This document shows, one piece after another, positions 30,039-41,602 of a DNA stretch of 64,000 nucleotides. Below the pieces are notes generated by a model. The model searched no databases. It was not told where the DNA came from and saw only the letters and a list, made by a program, of their open reading frames with translations. Every line of letters begins with the position of its first letter. Positions within the stretch are counted from its first letter, which is position 1. Origin of the DNA: an uncultured Acidobacteriota bacterium. GTDB lineage: Bacteria; Acidobacteriota; DATKUA01. Location of the stretch: positions 4,148-68,147 of the forward strand of contig CAYOXX010000004.1 in assembly GCA_964408025.1 (NCBI GenBank), written 5' to 3'. A program made the position numbers and the translations under genes.

Positions 30039-30386
30039 CCCGTCGCCTCCCGAGCGGTGGGGAAAAGGACACCCCAGTATATTTGAGCCAGCGGGGCCCT
30101 TCAACAGCGCCGTCAACTCCGCAGCTCGTATACATCTGATCGCATGCGCGTTTGCATTGCGATCTTCAACTCAAGCAGATGTGGGTGTTCAGTCTCTTTT
30201 GCTTCACCGTGGGGAATGAGAATAAAAAAAATATGTTCGATCACGATCTCGATAGCCGGAAGGGAGTACTGCCCGAGCCATCATCAGAGCGGCGATCACC
30301 CCACCACCCTCCAGCCCTAATCCCCAGTTCATGCGAGCAGTATAGACGGCCCCACCCCAGGGGACCGGTTAAACCGTCGGCGTGGA

Positions 30387-31946
30387 TTAGCTTTTCCCGC
30401 GAGAGGCGATGAGGCTCTTGGATGCCCTGTATGCGCCTCTGACATAAGGTTTGACGGCGTCGGGGATCATAGACTTCAGCTTTTCCCGCAGCCGCTCGCC
30501 GCGCGGAACCAGTGTCTTGTGTAGGACCTTCTTCCTGCGCCGCAGCTCGCGCTCGTCGAAGTCGGGGGTCCTGATGAAGAACCCGTCGACCGCCGAGAAC
30601 CTGAACATGGAGTCGATGCTGGAGTAGCTGTGCGCCGGCAGATACCCCTCTTCCAGGCAAAGCTTGTAGAGGTTCGTCCCCGGGTACGGCTGGGCGACGA
30701 GACAGTGGAATCTGATGGCCGGGGCTATTTCCTTTAATCTTGAATAGAATCTCAAGCCGTTCTCGAACCGCTCTCTCGTTTCGCCCGGGTAGCCGAAGAT
30801 GACGAAAACATAGCACTCGATATCGTACTTACGTATCAGTTTCACCATTTCGACCGCCTTGGAGAGGTCCAGCCTCTTGTTCATCAGCTTGAGCATCTCC
30901 TCGTCGCCGTGCTCCAAGGCCAGCGTAAGGCTCAGGCAATTAGAACGGCTCGCGAGAGCCATGAAGCCGTCGTCCAAGGCGTCGATGCGCAAGCCGTTCG
31001 GCGTCGACCAATAGATCTGCGCGGAGCCCGGACAGGCGTTTCTTTCCACGATGCCTTCGAGGATCTCCAGGGTCCTGTCCTTGTCTATGGTGAAGTTGTC
31101 GTCGTCGAATTCGATGTGGTTGACGCCGTAATCTTCCACCAGGTAGTCGATCTCCTCCAGGACCAGTCGGGGCGAACGGCGTCGCCATTTGTAGCCGCAG
31201 ACCGGATGAACGGAGCAGAAATTACACCTATACGGGCAGCCCCTGGAGGTGATGATGCTGGCGGTGATCCTCCCGCGGCTCCCGCCCCGCTGCGATGCGG
31301 AACAGTAGTCGCCGAAGGGCAACAGATGCCTGGCAGGTTTCGGCAGGACGTCGAGGTCGTCTACGTACTCCCCCTTCACGTCCGTCGGCGAGCATTCGCT
31401 TTCCGGGCCGTAAACAGGATCGGCGACCACGACGCCCGGCGGGAGAATCCGTAACCGATCATCGAGGTATTCAAGCAATCTGAGGAGAGTGAATTCCCCC
31501 TCGCCGATGACGAGATAATCGGCCGCGGAGCTGATGGCCAGCTCGGGCTGCGTGCTCGGGTGGACCCCGCCCATGACCAGGGGCACGCTCGGAAGAGCGG
31601 CCTTGATCTTCCCGGCCAGCCGGTGGCACTCCGGAGCCATCTGCGAGAACGGCACGGACAGACCGATCAAGTCGGTGTCGCCCGGTATCCTGGCCAGGGT
31701 TTCTCGATCGCTGAGCCCGACCCGCCACCACTTGTCGCCGAGCCGCGCAGTGTTGCTGCGCCCCTCGAACAGCGCGTCGATTACCGTTACCTCGTGTTTG
31801 CCGAATTCGATCAGGGCGGCGGCGATGGAAAGGATCCCCATGCACTCGCTGAGGATGACCTTGTCTTTGCTGGAGAAATTGAAGGGCGGATTGATTAGAG
31901 TGATTTTCTTGCCGCCTCGATTCCCGGGCTGCACGAATTGGGGCAC
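30387..31946 (-). CDS. B12-binding-domain radical SAM protein (class B radical SAM family)
   Basis: The N-terminal half is cobalamin-binding-like. It also carries a radical SAM CxxxCxxC motif (ITSRGCPYRCNFCSV). Confidence 0.7.
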   Translation of the reverse strand: MPQFVQPGNRGGKKITLINPPFNFSSKDKVILSECMGILSIAAALIEFGKHEVTVIDALFEGRSNTARLGDKWWRVGLSDRETLARIPGDTDLIGLSVPFSQMAPECHRLAGKIKAALPSVPLVMGGVHPSTQPELAISSAADYLVIGEGEFTLLRLLEYLDDRLRILPPGVVVADPVYGPESECSPTDVKGEYVDDLDVLPKPARHLLPFGDYCSASQRGGSRGRITASIITSRGCPYRCNFCSVHPVCGYKWRRRSPRLVLEEIDYLVEDYGVNHIEFDDDNFTIDKDRTLEILEGIVERNACPGSAQIYWSTPNGLRIDALDDGFMALASRSNCLSLTLALEHGDEEMLKLMNKRLDLSKAVEMVKLIRKYDIECYVFVIFGYPGETRERFENGLRFYSRLKEIAPAIRFHCLVAQPYPGTNLYKLCLEEGYLPAHSYSSIDSMFRFSAVDGFFIRTPDFDERELRRRKKVLHKTLVPRGERLREKLKSMIPDAVKPYVRGAYRASKSLIASRGKS

Positions 31947-32735
31947 CTGGCTCCGCCTTCTGCAAATTCAATTCATGTAAAATATAGTTAGCATCTACTC
32001 ACGCGCGTGGGCTCGAATTTCAGTATGCGCACCGTAACACTGAGGGGGTTATCAATCCAGCCGGAAAACGGCAAGCCCCCTGAACTGATCCGACGGATTG
32101 TGGCCGGGGGAGCCGCGAGTGAAGGGGGAACGGCCAGTAAGCGATCTTACCGTTATGCCGGCAGCAGACATCGAATTCCCTTTTTCCTTACCCGCTTCCG
32201 CCAGCACCACCATCATAAATCAAGCCCTAGCGGAGGCTGTAATTGCTCAAAAACCATCCAACGGTCTGGTGGACGTATGACTGAGCAAAAGACGCGAAGA
32301 GAGGAAGCATCGGGTACTCCGGGCACCCAGGGTCGCTACGTCAAGCACTGGGCCGTCCTGGCGGTGATTTTCCTCATCTTGTCGGCGGACGAGGCGGCGG
32401 CCATTCACGGACTGACTATCCACCCGATTCTGACCGCTTTACGACATCTAGGCTGGAGGAAACGCTGGAATGGTCGGCCTGACCGTTTTCATAATGGCCT
32501 TAGTTGATTACATCGCGGTCGAATGCGGGAACGTCAACTTGACGTTCAGCAGCAGGATAAAAGGCTGCGCCGATCTCCGCGACCCGTAAGGATTTGACCG
32601 CGCAGGCATTTCTAGGGCACACTTTAAATAAAGTATGTATGAGGAATTCCCGCGCTTCCGCTGTGCGATGCCCGGGACGATCAGAACAGCCCATGCCGGT
32701 GTCACGACCCGGCGCGTGGAAAGGCGAGGGACGAG

Positions 32736-33986
32736 ATGGGCGGCAAGCGGAAGGTGATCGGCTACCTCGGCCATATCCTCCCCATCCTCTCCGAGACCTT
32801 CGTAGTGCGCGAGATCGTAGCCCTCCGCGACCTGGGCGCGGAGGTGAAGGCGTTCAGCGTCCACAGGCCTGACAAAACCGCGATCCACCCCGAGGCACCC
32901 GGCCTCGCCGAAGAGGTCGGGATCCTCGCGCGGCCCCTCAACCCGCTCTTTTGGCTGGCTCATCTCTTCTTCGCCGTGCGACACCCGATCCGCTACTTCC
33001 GCTGCCTCTGGCGCTACGTTTTAACGTCCGGGGAGCCCCCGCGGCGGCGCCTGCGTTGCCTCACACAGTTCGCCGTTGCACCGTTCGCTGCCCTGTTGAT
33101 GCACAGAGCCGGCGTTGAGCACCTCCACGCCCACTTTGCCAACACTCCTGCCGGCGTGGCGATGATGACCGCCGGGCTGGCCGCCATCCCCTTCTCCTTC
33201 ACGGCCCACGCGCACGACATCTTCGTCGATAACCTCCTACTGCCGGCCAAGCTCGAGAGCGCCGCTTTCGTCGCCACCATCAGCCGCTTCAACCGCCGCT
33301 ACCTGCGCGACCGCTACACGGAAGCGGAGAACGCGAAGATCGAAATCGTCCGCTGCGGCGTCGACACATCGGCTCTCTCTCCCCAGCCGCACGCGGCTCA
33401 CGAACCACCCGTCGTCCTAGCGGTTGGACGCCTGGTCGACTTCAAGGGATTCGAGACGCTGATCGAGGCTTGCGCCAGGCTAAAAGACGGGTCGACGGAG
33501 ATCCTCTGTTACATCGCCGGCGACGGCCCCGAGCGCGGGCGCCTGGAGCGCACGCGCGAGGATCTCGGCCTCAGCGACCGCGTTCGCCTCCTGGGAAGGA
33601 TGCTGCCCACGGATCTGCTCGAGTATTACCGACGCGCTGACCTGATGGTGGCGCCGTCCTGCGAGCGCGACGGCTTCGCCGACGGCATACCGGTGGTGCT
33701 GATGGAGGCGATGGCGATGGAAATCCCGGTAGTCTCCACACGCGTATCCGGCATCCCCGAGCTGGTGCGCGACGGCGAGACCGGCCTCCTGGTCGAGCCG
33801 GACGATCCGCAGGGCCTGGCCGAGGCCATCGCCCACCTGTTGAGCGACAGGGCCCTGGCCCGCAGGCTGGCGGTCGCCGGCAGAGAGCTAGTCGACGCGG
33901 AGTTCAACATTCGCCGCAGCGCCGAACGTATGCACGAATTGTTAGTAGCCACGGAACGCAAGCCCACGGAAGGCGCGACGTCATGA
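32736..33986 (+). CDS. glycosyltransferase family 4
   Basis: It has the GT4/GT1 C-terminal motif (PVVLMEAMAMEIPVVSTRVSGIPELVRDGETGLLVEP). Confidence 0.75.
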   Translation: MGGKRKVIGYLGHILPILSETFVVREIVALRDLGAEVKAFSVHRPDKTAIHPEAPGLAEEVGILARPLNPLFWLAHLFFAVRHPIRYFRCLWRYVLTSGEPPRRRLRCLTQFAVAPFAALLMHRAGVEHLHAHFANTPAGVAMMTAGLAAIPFSFTAHAHDIFVDNLLLPAKLESAAFVATISRFNRRYLRDRYTEAENAKIEIVRCGVDTSALSPQPHAAHEPPVVLAVGRLVDFKGFETLIEACARLKDGSTEILCYIAGDGPERGRLERTREDLGLSDRVRLLGRMLPTDLLEYYRRADLMVAPSCERDGFADGIPVVLMEAMAMEIPVVSTRVSGIPELVRDGETGLLVEPDDPQGLAEAIAHLLSDRALARRLAVAGRELVDAEFNIRRSAERMHELLVATERKPTEGATS

Positions 33987-34858
33987 TCGGACGCTTTGTC
34001 GTAGTCAGTCCCTGCCGCAACGAGGAGCGGTTCATCGAACTGACGCTGAACTCGGTCGTCAGGCAGACTCGCCGCCCGGACCGCTGGATCATCGTCGACG
34101 ACGGCAGCAGCGATGCCTCCCTCAGGATCGTCGAGCGCTACGCCGCCGAGCACCCCTGGATCGAGCTCCTGCGGCTACCCGACAAGGGCAAGCGGCCGCC
34201 AGGCGCCCACGAGGCGGTCGCCTTCAACGATGGGATCAAGCACCTCGGCGACGATCCCTACGAGGTCATCGCCAAGCTGGACACAGACCTCGAATTCGGC
34301 TCCCAGGCTTTCGCCGAAGCCCTGGCCCACTTTGACGACGAGCGGGTCGGCCTCGCCGGCGGCATCACCTATCTGGTGGAGGGTGATAAGCTCGTCTCCG
34401 AGAGGCCGTCGCCCTCCCACGTCCCCGGCCAGGCCAAGTTTTACCGCCGCGCCTGCTTCGAGGATATCGGCGGTGTTCAGCCTGTCCTCGGCTGGGACAT
34501 CCTGGACGAGACAGACGCACGGCGCCGCGGCTGGCGCACCGTCGGCGACCGCGAGATCGTTTTCAAGACCTTCAGGCTACAGGGGGCTCGAACCGGCGCC
34601 GTCCATGGCCGCTACATCTATGGGCTGGGAGCCTACGCCATCGGCACCCACCCGCTCTTCGCCGTCGCCCGCGGCATCTTCCGCATGACCGAGCGGCCCT
34701 GGATCGTCGGCGGCCTCGGCTTCATCTGGGGATTCTTCGCCGGCTACTTCCACCCCGCTGTCAAGAGAATCGGCAACGTGGAGTTGATCCGCCACCTGCG
34801 CCGCGAGCAGCTATACAGGCTCTTCCACGGCAACCGCCTGCCGCCCGAGGAGGGCTAG
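33983..34858 (+). CDS. glycosyltransferase family 2
   Basis: It has a GT2 N-terminal signature (VVVSPCRNEERFIELTLNSVVRQTRRPDRWIIVDDGSSD). Its start overlaps the previous gene's stop. Confidence 0.75.
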   Translation: MIGRFVVVSPCRNEERFIELTLNSVVRQTRRPDRWIIVDDGSSDASLRIVERYAAEHPWIELLRLPDKGKRPPGAHEAVAFNDGIKHLGDDPYEVIAKLDTDLEFGSQAFAEALAHFDDERVGLAGGITYLVEGDKLVSERPSPSHVPGQAKFYRRACFEDIGGVQPVLGWDILDETDARRRGWRTVGDREIVFKTFRLQGARTGAVHGRYIYGLGAYAIGTHPLFAVARGIFRMTERPWIVGGLGFIWGFFAGYFHPAVKRIGNVELIRHLRREQLYRLFHGNRLPPEEG

Positions 34859-34860
34859 CA

Positions 34861-35649
34861 GTGAACGGGGCTGAAAGGGTAAACATCCTCGGAGCACCGG
34901 TGCGGGCGCACACAATCGATTCTCTCCTGGCTCACATGGAGGAGCTGATCTCGGCTCCCGGGACCGCCGTCGCCTACGCGGTCAACGCCCACGCCCTCAA
35001 CCTTACCTACCGCCATCCCGATTACCTCGAGGCGCTGAGACGTGCCGACCTGGTCTACGCCGACGGCGCCTCGCTGCAGCTCGCAGCCCGCGTGCTGGGC
35101 AGCCGCATTCCGGAGAAGCTGACCACCACTGACGTTTGGCCACGACTCTGCGACCTGGCGCGGCGCCGCGGCTATCGCTTTTTCCTTCTCGGGGGCGAGG
35201 AGGGATTGGCCGAACGCGTGAAGTCAAAAGCTCTCGAGCAGCACCCCGAACTGCGGATCGTCGGCACCCACCACGGATACTTCGACTTCGATGACGATCA
35301 TGTGATTTCGATTATCAACGATGCCCACCCCGACGTTCTCTGGGTCGGGATGGGCGATCCGCGGCAGGCCCTATGGTGCGAGAGCGTCAAGGAGCGGCTC
35401 GAGGTCGGCTTGGTGATCACCTGTGGCGGGATGTACAAGATCGTCTCCGGCGAACTCAAACGGGCCGGGGAAAAGTGGAGGAGGCGGGGCTTCGAGTGGG
35501 CCTATCGTCTTTTCCAGGAACCGAAGACCTGGCGCCGCTACCTGATAGGGCTGCCCGCATTTGGCTTCAGGGTGCTAGCGCAACGCTTCTGCGGGCACAG
35601 GCGGTCCTGGGATACCATGATAAACGGCGATGAAAATCCTCTTCCTTAA
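34861..35649 (+). CDS. WecB/TagA/CpsF-family glycosyltransferase (GT26)
   Basis: Its family-typical core reads VNAHALNL...ADLVYADGASLQLAARVLG...FLLGG...DVLWVGMGDPRQ. Confidence 0.7.
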   Translation: MNGAERVNILGAPVRAHTIDSLLAHMEELISAPGTAVAYAVNAHALNLTYRHPDYLEALRRADLVYADGASLQLAARVLGSRIPEKLTTTDVWPRLCDLARRRGYRFFLLGGEEGLAERVKSKALEQHPELRIVGTHHGYFDFDDDHVISIINDAHPDVLWVGMGDPRQALWCESVKERLEVGLVITCGGMYKIVSGELKRAGEKWRRRGFEWAYRLFQEPKTWRRYLIGLPAFGFRVLAQRFCGHRRSWDTMINGDENPLP

Positions 35650-36814
35650 CTATCACTACGACGTCGAGGGAATCGGCCGCGGCGCCGCGGCCCAGGTGCG
35701 CTCCATCGCCGCAGCCCTCGAGAGGCGGGGCCACCAAGTTGACCTCCGGTTTCAGGCGGCGAAGAAGGGGGGAGCCGCCGCGGGCGAGCCGCGCGAGGCA
35801 AAACAGATTGGCTGGCTGCGCCGATACGGGCATGTGCCGCGCCACCTGCTTCGCAATATTCCACTCGCCCGGGGGGAACGGCGCATCATCGACGAGACAC
35901 GTCCCGACGTAGTGATGGCCATCAACTCCTTTTGCAAGCTCTCTGCCTTGAAAGCCGCGCGCAGCCGACACATCCCTTTCGTGCTCTTTGCCGATGCGCC
36001 GATGGAATACGAATACTCGCTGTTTTTCGCCGAGTATTACCGTTACCCGATAATCAGCCGCTGGATTGAGGGTATCAACGTGCGCCGGGCCGACCGAGTG
36101 ATCTGCATTTCGGAAGTGCTCAAGGATTACCTGATGCGCTTCGCCCCCCCCGCGACGCGGCTGCACGTGGTGCCCAACGGCGTTGACCACCACCTCTTTA
36201 AGCCACGGCCGCCCGACGAGGAGTTGCAGAGGACCTTGCAACTCAACAACCGGATCGTCATCGGTTACGTCGGCAACTTCCTCTTCCTACCCGACGCGCA
36301 GCGGCTCGCCGGTGCGATCAAGACGGTCTGTGACCGCCGGCCCGAGGCGACCTTCCTCTTCGTCGGCGAAGGAGAAGCTGGCCAGGAGCTGAGGCGCATA
36401 GGAGAGGAACTCGGTGTCGGTGAACGGCTTATCTTCTCCGGCGCCGTGGACCACCTTCAGGTGCCCCGCTACATCAGCCTCATGGACATCGGCATCTGCC
36501 CCTACCGCGGCGACTACCTCTTCTACGGCTCCGCCCTCAAGCCGCTCGAATACATGGCCTCCGGCCTGCCGGTCGTGGCGCCGGCGCTGGGCCAGATCAA
36601 AGAGCTTATCGTCAACGGGCGCAATGGTCTCCTTTACCGCTGGGACGATTACGAAGCCTGGGCTACCAGACTGCTTTCGCTGACCGAAAATGGCGAACTG
36701 CGCCGGAGTCTCGGCGATATGGCGCGCAAGACAATCGAGGACAGCTGGACCGGGGACTTGCAGGCGGAACGTATCGAGCACGTACTGCAGCTCGCCGTCC
36801 AAGAATACAAATAG
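35630..36814 (+). CDS. glycosyltransferase family 4
   Basis: It has a GT4 C-terminal motif (EYMASGLPVVAPALGQIKELIVNGRNGLL). Confidence 0.7.
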   Translation: MKILFLNYHYDVEGIGRGAAAQVRSIAAALERRGHQVDLRFQAAKKGGAAAGEPREAKQIGWLRRYGHVPRHLLRNIPLARGERRIIDETRPDVVMAINSFCKLSALKAARSRHIPFVLFADAPMEYEYSLFFAEYYRYPIISRWIEGINVRRADRVICISEVLKDYLMRFAPPATRLHVVPNGVDHHLFKPRPPDEELQRTLQLNNRIVIGYVGNFLFLPDAQRLAGAIKTVCDRRPEATFLFVGEGEAGQELRRIGEELGVGERLIFSGAVDHLQVPRYISLMDIGICPYRGDYLFYGSALKPLEYMASGLPVVAPALGQIKELIVNGRNGLLYRWDDYEAWATRLLSLTENGELRRSLGDMARKTIEDSWTGDLQAERIEHVLQLAVQEYK

Positions 36815-36858
36815 ACTTTACCGTAAATCCATCAGAACTACCGGTTGCCGGAATCGAG

Positions 36859-38339
<1,481 letters not shown>

Positions 38340-38343
<4 letters not shown>

Positions 38344-39686
38344 AGCGCCGCCTCCAGCCCCGCTGCCAGGCTGTCGATCGCCTCCCTAGTAGTCAGCTCG
38401 GTGGCGCATACCAGCAGGTCGTGTGACCAGGCTTGATCGAAGCGCCCCAGGTCGAGCCCGCCGAGGATCCCCTTTCCTTCGAGCGCTGCGAGCGCGTCGG
38501 CGGCCGGCACCGGCAGGCGCACGACGAACTCGTTGAAGTACGTCGGCGGGTGCGGCGCCTCTACGCTGTCGATCTCCGTCAGCCGCCGGCGCATGTAGGC
38601 TGCCTTTTGCAGGTTCAGCTCCGCCAGGCGCCGCAGGCCGACCTTGCCGAGCGTTGCCAGGTAGATGGTGGCCATCGTCATGCAGAGTCCCTGGTTGGTA
38701 CAGATGTTCGAGGTCGCCCTCTCGCGGCGGATGTGCTGCTCGCGGGTGGCCAGCGCCATCACGAAGCCCTCGCGGCCCTCGACGTCGAAGGCCCGCCCGA
38801 CCAGGCGGCCCGGCATCTGGCGCACCTGCTTGAGCCGTGCGGCGAGGAATCCTAACCCCGGTCCGCCGAACGAGACGGGTATACCGAAGCTCTGAGCCTC
38901 GCCGCAGACGATGTCGGCGCCCAGCTCCCCCGGCGGCCGCACGATGCCCAGGCTCAGCGGCTCGGCTACGGCCACGGCCAGCATCGCTCCAGCGCCGTGG
39001 GCCGTCTCCGCCAAGGCTGCCACGTCTTCGAGAACGCCGAGGAAGTTCGGCGATTGGATCAGCACGCCCGCGGTGTCGGCGTCGGCAGCACGAGCCGCAG
39101 TCTCGCCGCAGGTGCGGCCGTCGGGCCGCACCGGCAGGATCTCCAGCTCGAGGCCCAGGTGCCGCAGGTACGTATCGCAGACCTCGCGGTAATGGGGGTG
39201 GACGGCACCCGAGATAAGGATCTTCCTGCGCCCGCGGCTGACGCGCTCGGCCATCAGCAGCGCCTCGCTGCAGGCGGTGGCGCCGTCGTAGAGGCTGGCG
39301 TTGGATACCTCCATGCCGGTCAGCAAGCAGATCATCGTCTGGTACTCGAAGATGGTCTGCAGTGTCCCCTGCGACACCTCGGCCTGGTAGGGCGTGTAGG
39401 CCGTATAGTACTCGGAGCGCAACACGATCTGGTCTACGTGGCTCGGCACGAAGTGGCTGTAGGCCCCACCGCCGAGGAACGAGGTCATTCCCGCCCCTTC
39501 GCTGGCCGCCGCAAGGTCGCGGAAGAACGCCTCCAGCTCCTGCTCCGAGAGTGCCGGCTCGAGCGCCATCCTGCCGGCGAAACGTATCCCCTCCGGTATC
39601 GAGGCGAAGAGCTCATCGACGCTCCCGACGCCGATCTCTTCCAGCATCAGCCTCTCGTCTTCGGGAGCTGTCGGTAGGTATCGCAT
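38340..39686 (-). CDS. gcvPA: glycine dehydrogenase (decarboxylating) subunit 1
   Basis: It is typical GcvPA (LSEQELEAFFRDLAAAS...YTPYQAEVSQGTLQ). Confidence 0.85.
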
Positions 39687-39837
39687 CGGCTAATCCTATG
39701 CAGATGAACGGGACGATCACGCCGCCGCGTCTTCGGCAGGCGCACTGCCGGCCAAGCCCGGCACGGAAACCTCGTCCCGCCCGGGCAGGCTCTGTGCGCG
39801 GCGGACCATCACCTTGCGGACGGGACTAAGCGGCTTC

Positions 39838-40224
39838 CTATTCCTCGACCTCCTTGAGGAACTCCTGGTACTGGGCGGCGTCCATCAGGTCCTCGAGTTC
39901 GCCGTCGTCGCGAACATCGATCCTGCAGATCCACCCCTCGCCGTAGGGATCGGCGTTTATCGTCTCGGGCGCGTCCTCGAGGGCTGAGTTGGCCGCGGTC
40001 ACCGTTCCGCCGACGGGAATGAGGATGTCCGACACCGCCTTGACGCTCTCGATGCTGCCGATCACGTCGCCCGCGTCGAAGCTGTCATCCTGCTCGGGAA
40101 GCTCGATGAAGACGATGTCGCCGAGGGCCTCCTGGGCGTAGTGGGTGATGCCGACGGTGCCCTCGTCGCCGTCCATACGGATCCACTCGTGGTCCTTGGT
40201 GTACCGCAAATCCTTGGGATACAT
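39838..40224 (-). CDS. gcvH: glycine cleavage system H protein
   Basis: It has the lipoyl-lysine context (GSIESVKAVSDILIP) and the N-terminus YTKDHEW. The start is at MYPKDL. Confidence 0.8.
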   Translation of the reverse strand: MYPKDLRYTKDHEWIRMDGDEGTVGITHYAQEALGDIVFIELPEQDDSFDAGDVIGSIESVKAVSDILIPVGGTVTAANSALEDAPETINADPYGEGWICRIDVRDDGELEDLMDAAQYQEFLKEVEE

Positions 40225-40262
40225 CTCCTGCTCCTTTCCCTCCCGGTTGCGCGACACCCTGG

Positions 40263-41372
40263 TCAGCGCTCCCGCTTGTAGAACGGGGTCTCCACCACGC
40301 GGGCGCGCTGCCGCTTCCCGCGCACCTCGATCTCGAACTCTGTGCCAACCTCTGTAGCTTCTATTGGCAGGTAGGTCAGGCCGATGTTTTTTTTCAGGAA
40401 GGGCGCGTAGGAACCACTGCCCACGGTCCCGAACTGCCGCCCCCCTACGAAGACGGTGTAGCCGTGGCGGGCGATCGCCCTGTCAACCATCTCGAAGCCG
40501 ACCAGCTTGCGCTCGACGCCCTCTTTCTTCTGCCGCAGCAGCAGCTCCTTGCCGTGGAAGTCTAACGGTTTTTTGAACTTCAGATACTTTCCGAGGTCGG
40601 CCTCCAGCACTGTCGTCGTCTCGTCCATGTCGTTGCCGTAAAGGAGCAACTTGGCCTCAAGGCGCAGCGTGTCACGAGCAGCAAGGCCGCAAGGGACGAG
40701 TCCATGCGGCTCGCCCGCCTCGATCAACTTGAACCAGAGCGGCTCGGCGTTCTCGGGCGCCGTGTAGATCTCGAAGCCGTCCTCGCCCGTGTAGCCGGTG
40801 CGGCTGACGATCGCCGGGGCGCCGTCGACCTCTCCCTCGACGAACCTGTAGTACTTCATCTCGTCTATGTCGACGCTAGTCAGAGGACGGAGTATCTCCA
40901 CCGCCAGCGGGCCCTGTAGTGCGATCTGTGCGTAGCGCTCGGTAGCGCAGTCTACGCCGACGCAGGCGTCGGCATGCTCGCGCATGAATTCGCAGTCCTT
41001 GTCGTAGTTGGCGGCGTTGACGACTGTGAAGTAGCGGTCCTCGTCGAAGCAATAGATCAGCAAATCGTCGACGAGAGTCCCCTCTGGATAAAGGAGCCCT
41101 GCGTACTGGATCTTGCCCGGTACGAGCTTGGCGACGTTGTTGGAGCTGATCCTCTGCAGGAACGTCTGCGCCTCGGAGCCGGTGACGATGATCTCGCCCA
41201 TGTGGCTGACATCGAAGAGTCCGGCTGCGGTTCGCACTGCCATGTGTTCGGCAACGACGCCGGAGAATTGCAGCGGCATTTCCCAGCCGACGAAGGGGAC
41301 CATCTTGCCCCCCAGCTTGCGGTGAGCCGCGTTCAGCGGGGTTTTCTTCAGGGGAAGGTCATCGGCAGTCAT
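40263..41372 (-). CDS. gcvT: glycine cleavage system aminomethyltransferase T
   Basis: It has GcvT motifs (KTPLNAAHRKLGGKMVPFVGWEMPLQF; LFDVSHMGE). The start is at MTADDLPLKKT. Confidence 0.85.
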   Translation of the reverse strand: MTADDLPLKKTPLNAAHRKLGGKMVPFVGWEMPLQFSGVVAEHMAVRTAAGLFDVSHMGEIIVTGSEAQTFLQRISSNNVAKLVPGKIQYAGLLYPEGTLVDDLLIYCFDEDRYFTVVNAANYDKDCEFMREHADACVGVDCATERYAQIALQGPLAVEILRPLTSVDIDEMKYYRFVEGEVDGAPAIVSRTGYTGEDGFEIYTAPENAEPLWFKLIEAGEPHGLVPCGLAARDTLRLEAKLLLYGNDMDETTTVLEADLGKYLKFKKPLDFHGKELLLRQKKEGVERKLVGFEMVDRAIARHGYTVFVGGRQFGTVGSGSYAPFLKKNIGLTYLPIEATEVGTEFEIEVRGKRQRARVVETPFYKRER

Positions 41373-41423
41373 GATCGGAACTCCAAATCCTCGAGCCACA
41401 ACCAGCGTGCGACGGCGGGCAGC

Positions 41424-41451
41424 ATATTAGCACCGGGCACACCTGCTGACA
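41424..41451 (-). promoter_or_regulatory. putative sigma70-type promoter for the gcv operon (TTGTCA-17 nt-TAATAT read on the minus strand)
   Basis: Read on the minus strand it is ttgtcagcaggtgtgcccggtgctaatat, about 50 nt upstream of the gcvT ATG. Confidence 0.35.
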
Positions 41452-41602
41452 ACAAAATCGCTGGGCAAGGATGATCCTTTTGTTCCGACAAGCACGAAAG
41501 CTGAAAAAGCCTATTCGGCCGTTCGGGATTCGTCTTTCAGGTAAACTACTTCAGGCAGAGAACAAAACACGATAGAACATCGTTTCAATAAAGGGCGGGA
41601 TT

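Noticed and set aside
32007-32507. 166-aa ORF in the gap before the GT4 gene
   Set aside because: It is Arg/Gly-rich with no start context. Only its last ~75 aa (from 32281) look protein-like, and that part is noted as a low-confidence small ORF in the findings.
19267-36814. Exosortase (XrtA) gene within the polysaccharide locus
   Set aside because: I checked each multi-TM protein in the locus. 24438-25946 fits a Wzy_C/O-antigen-ligase-like protein and 27515-29044 fits a Wzx flippase. Neither resembles an exosortase.
41400-41600. Possible glycine riboswitch upstream of gcvT
   Set aside because: I read the minus-strand leader and did not find the conserved glycine-aptamer elements (GGAGAG...ACCGAAGGGGCAA...CTCTGGAGAG). 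Only a plausible sigma70 promoter is present. A covariance-model scan would settle it.
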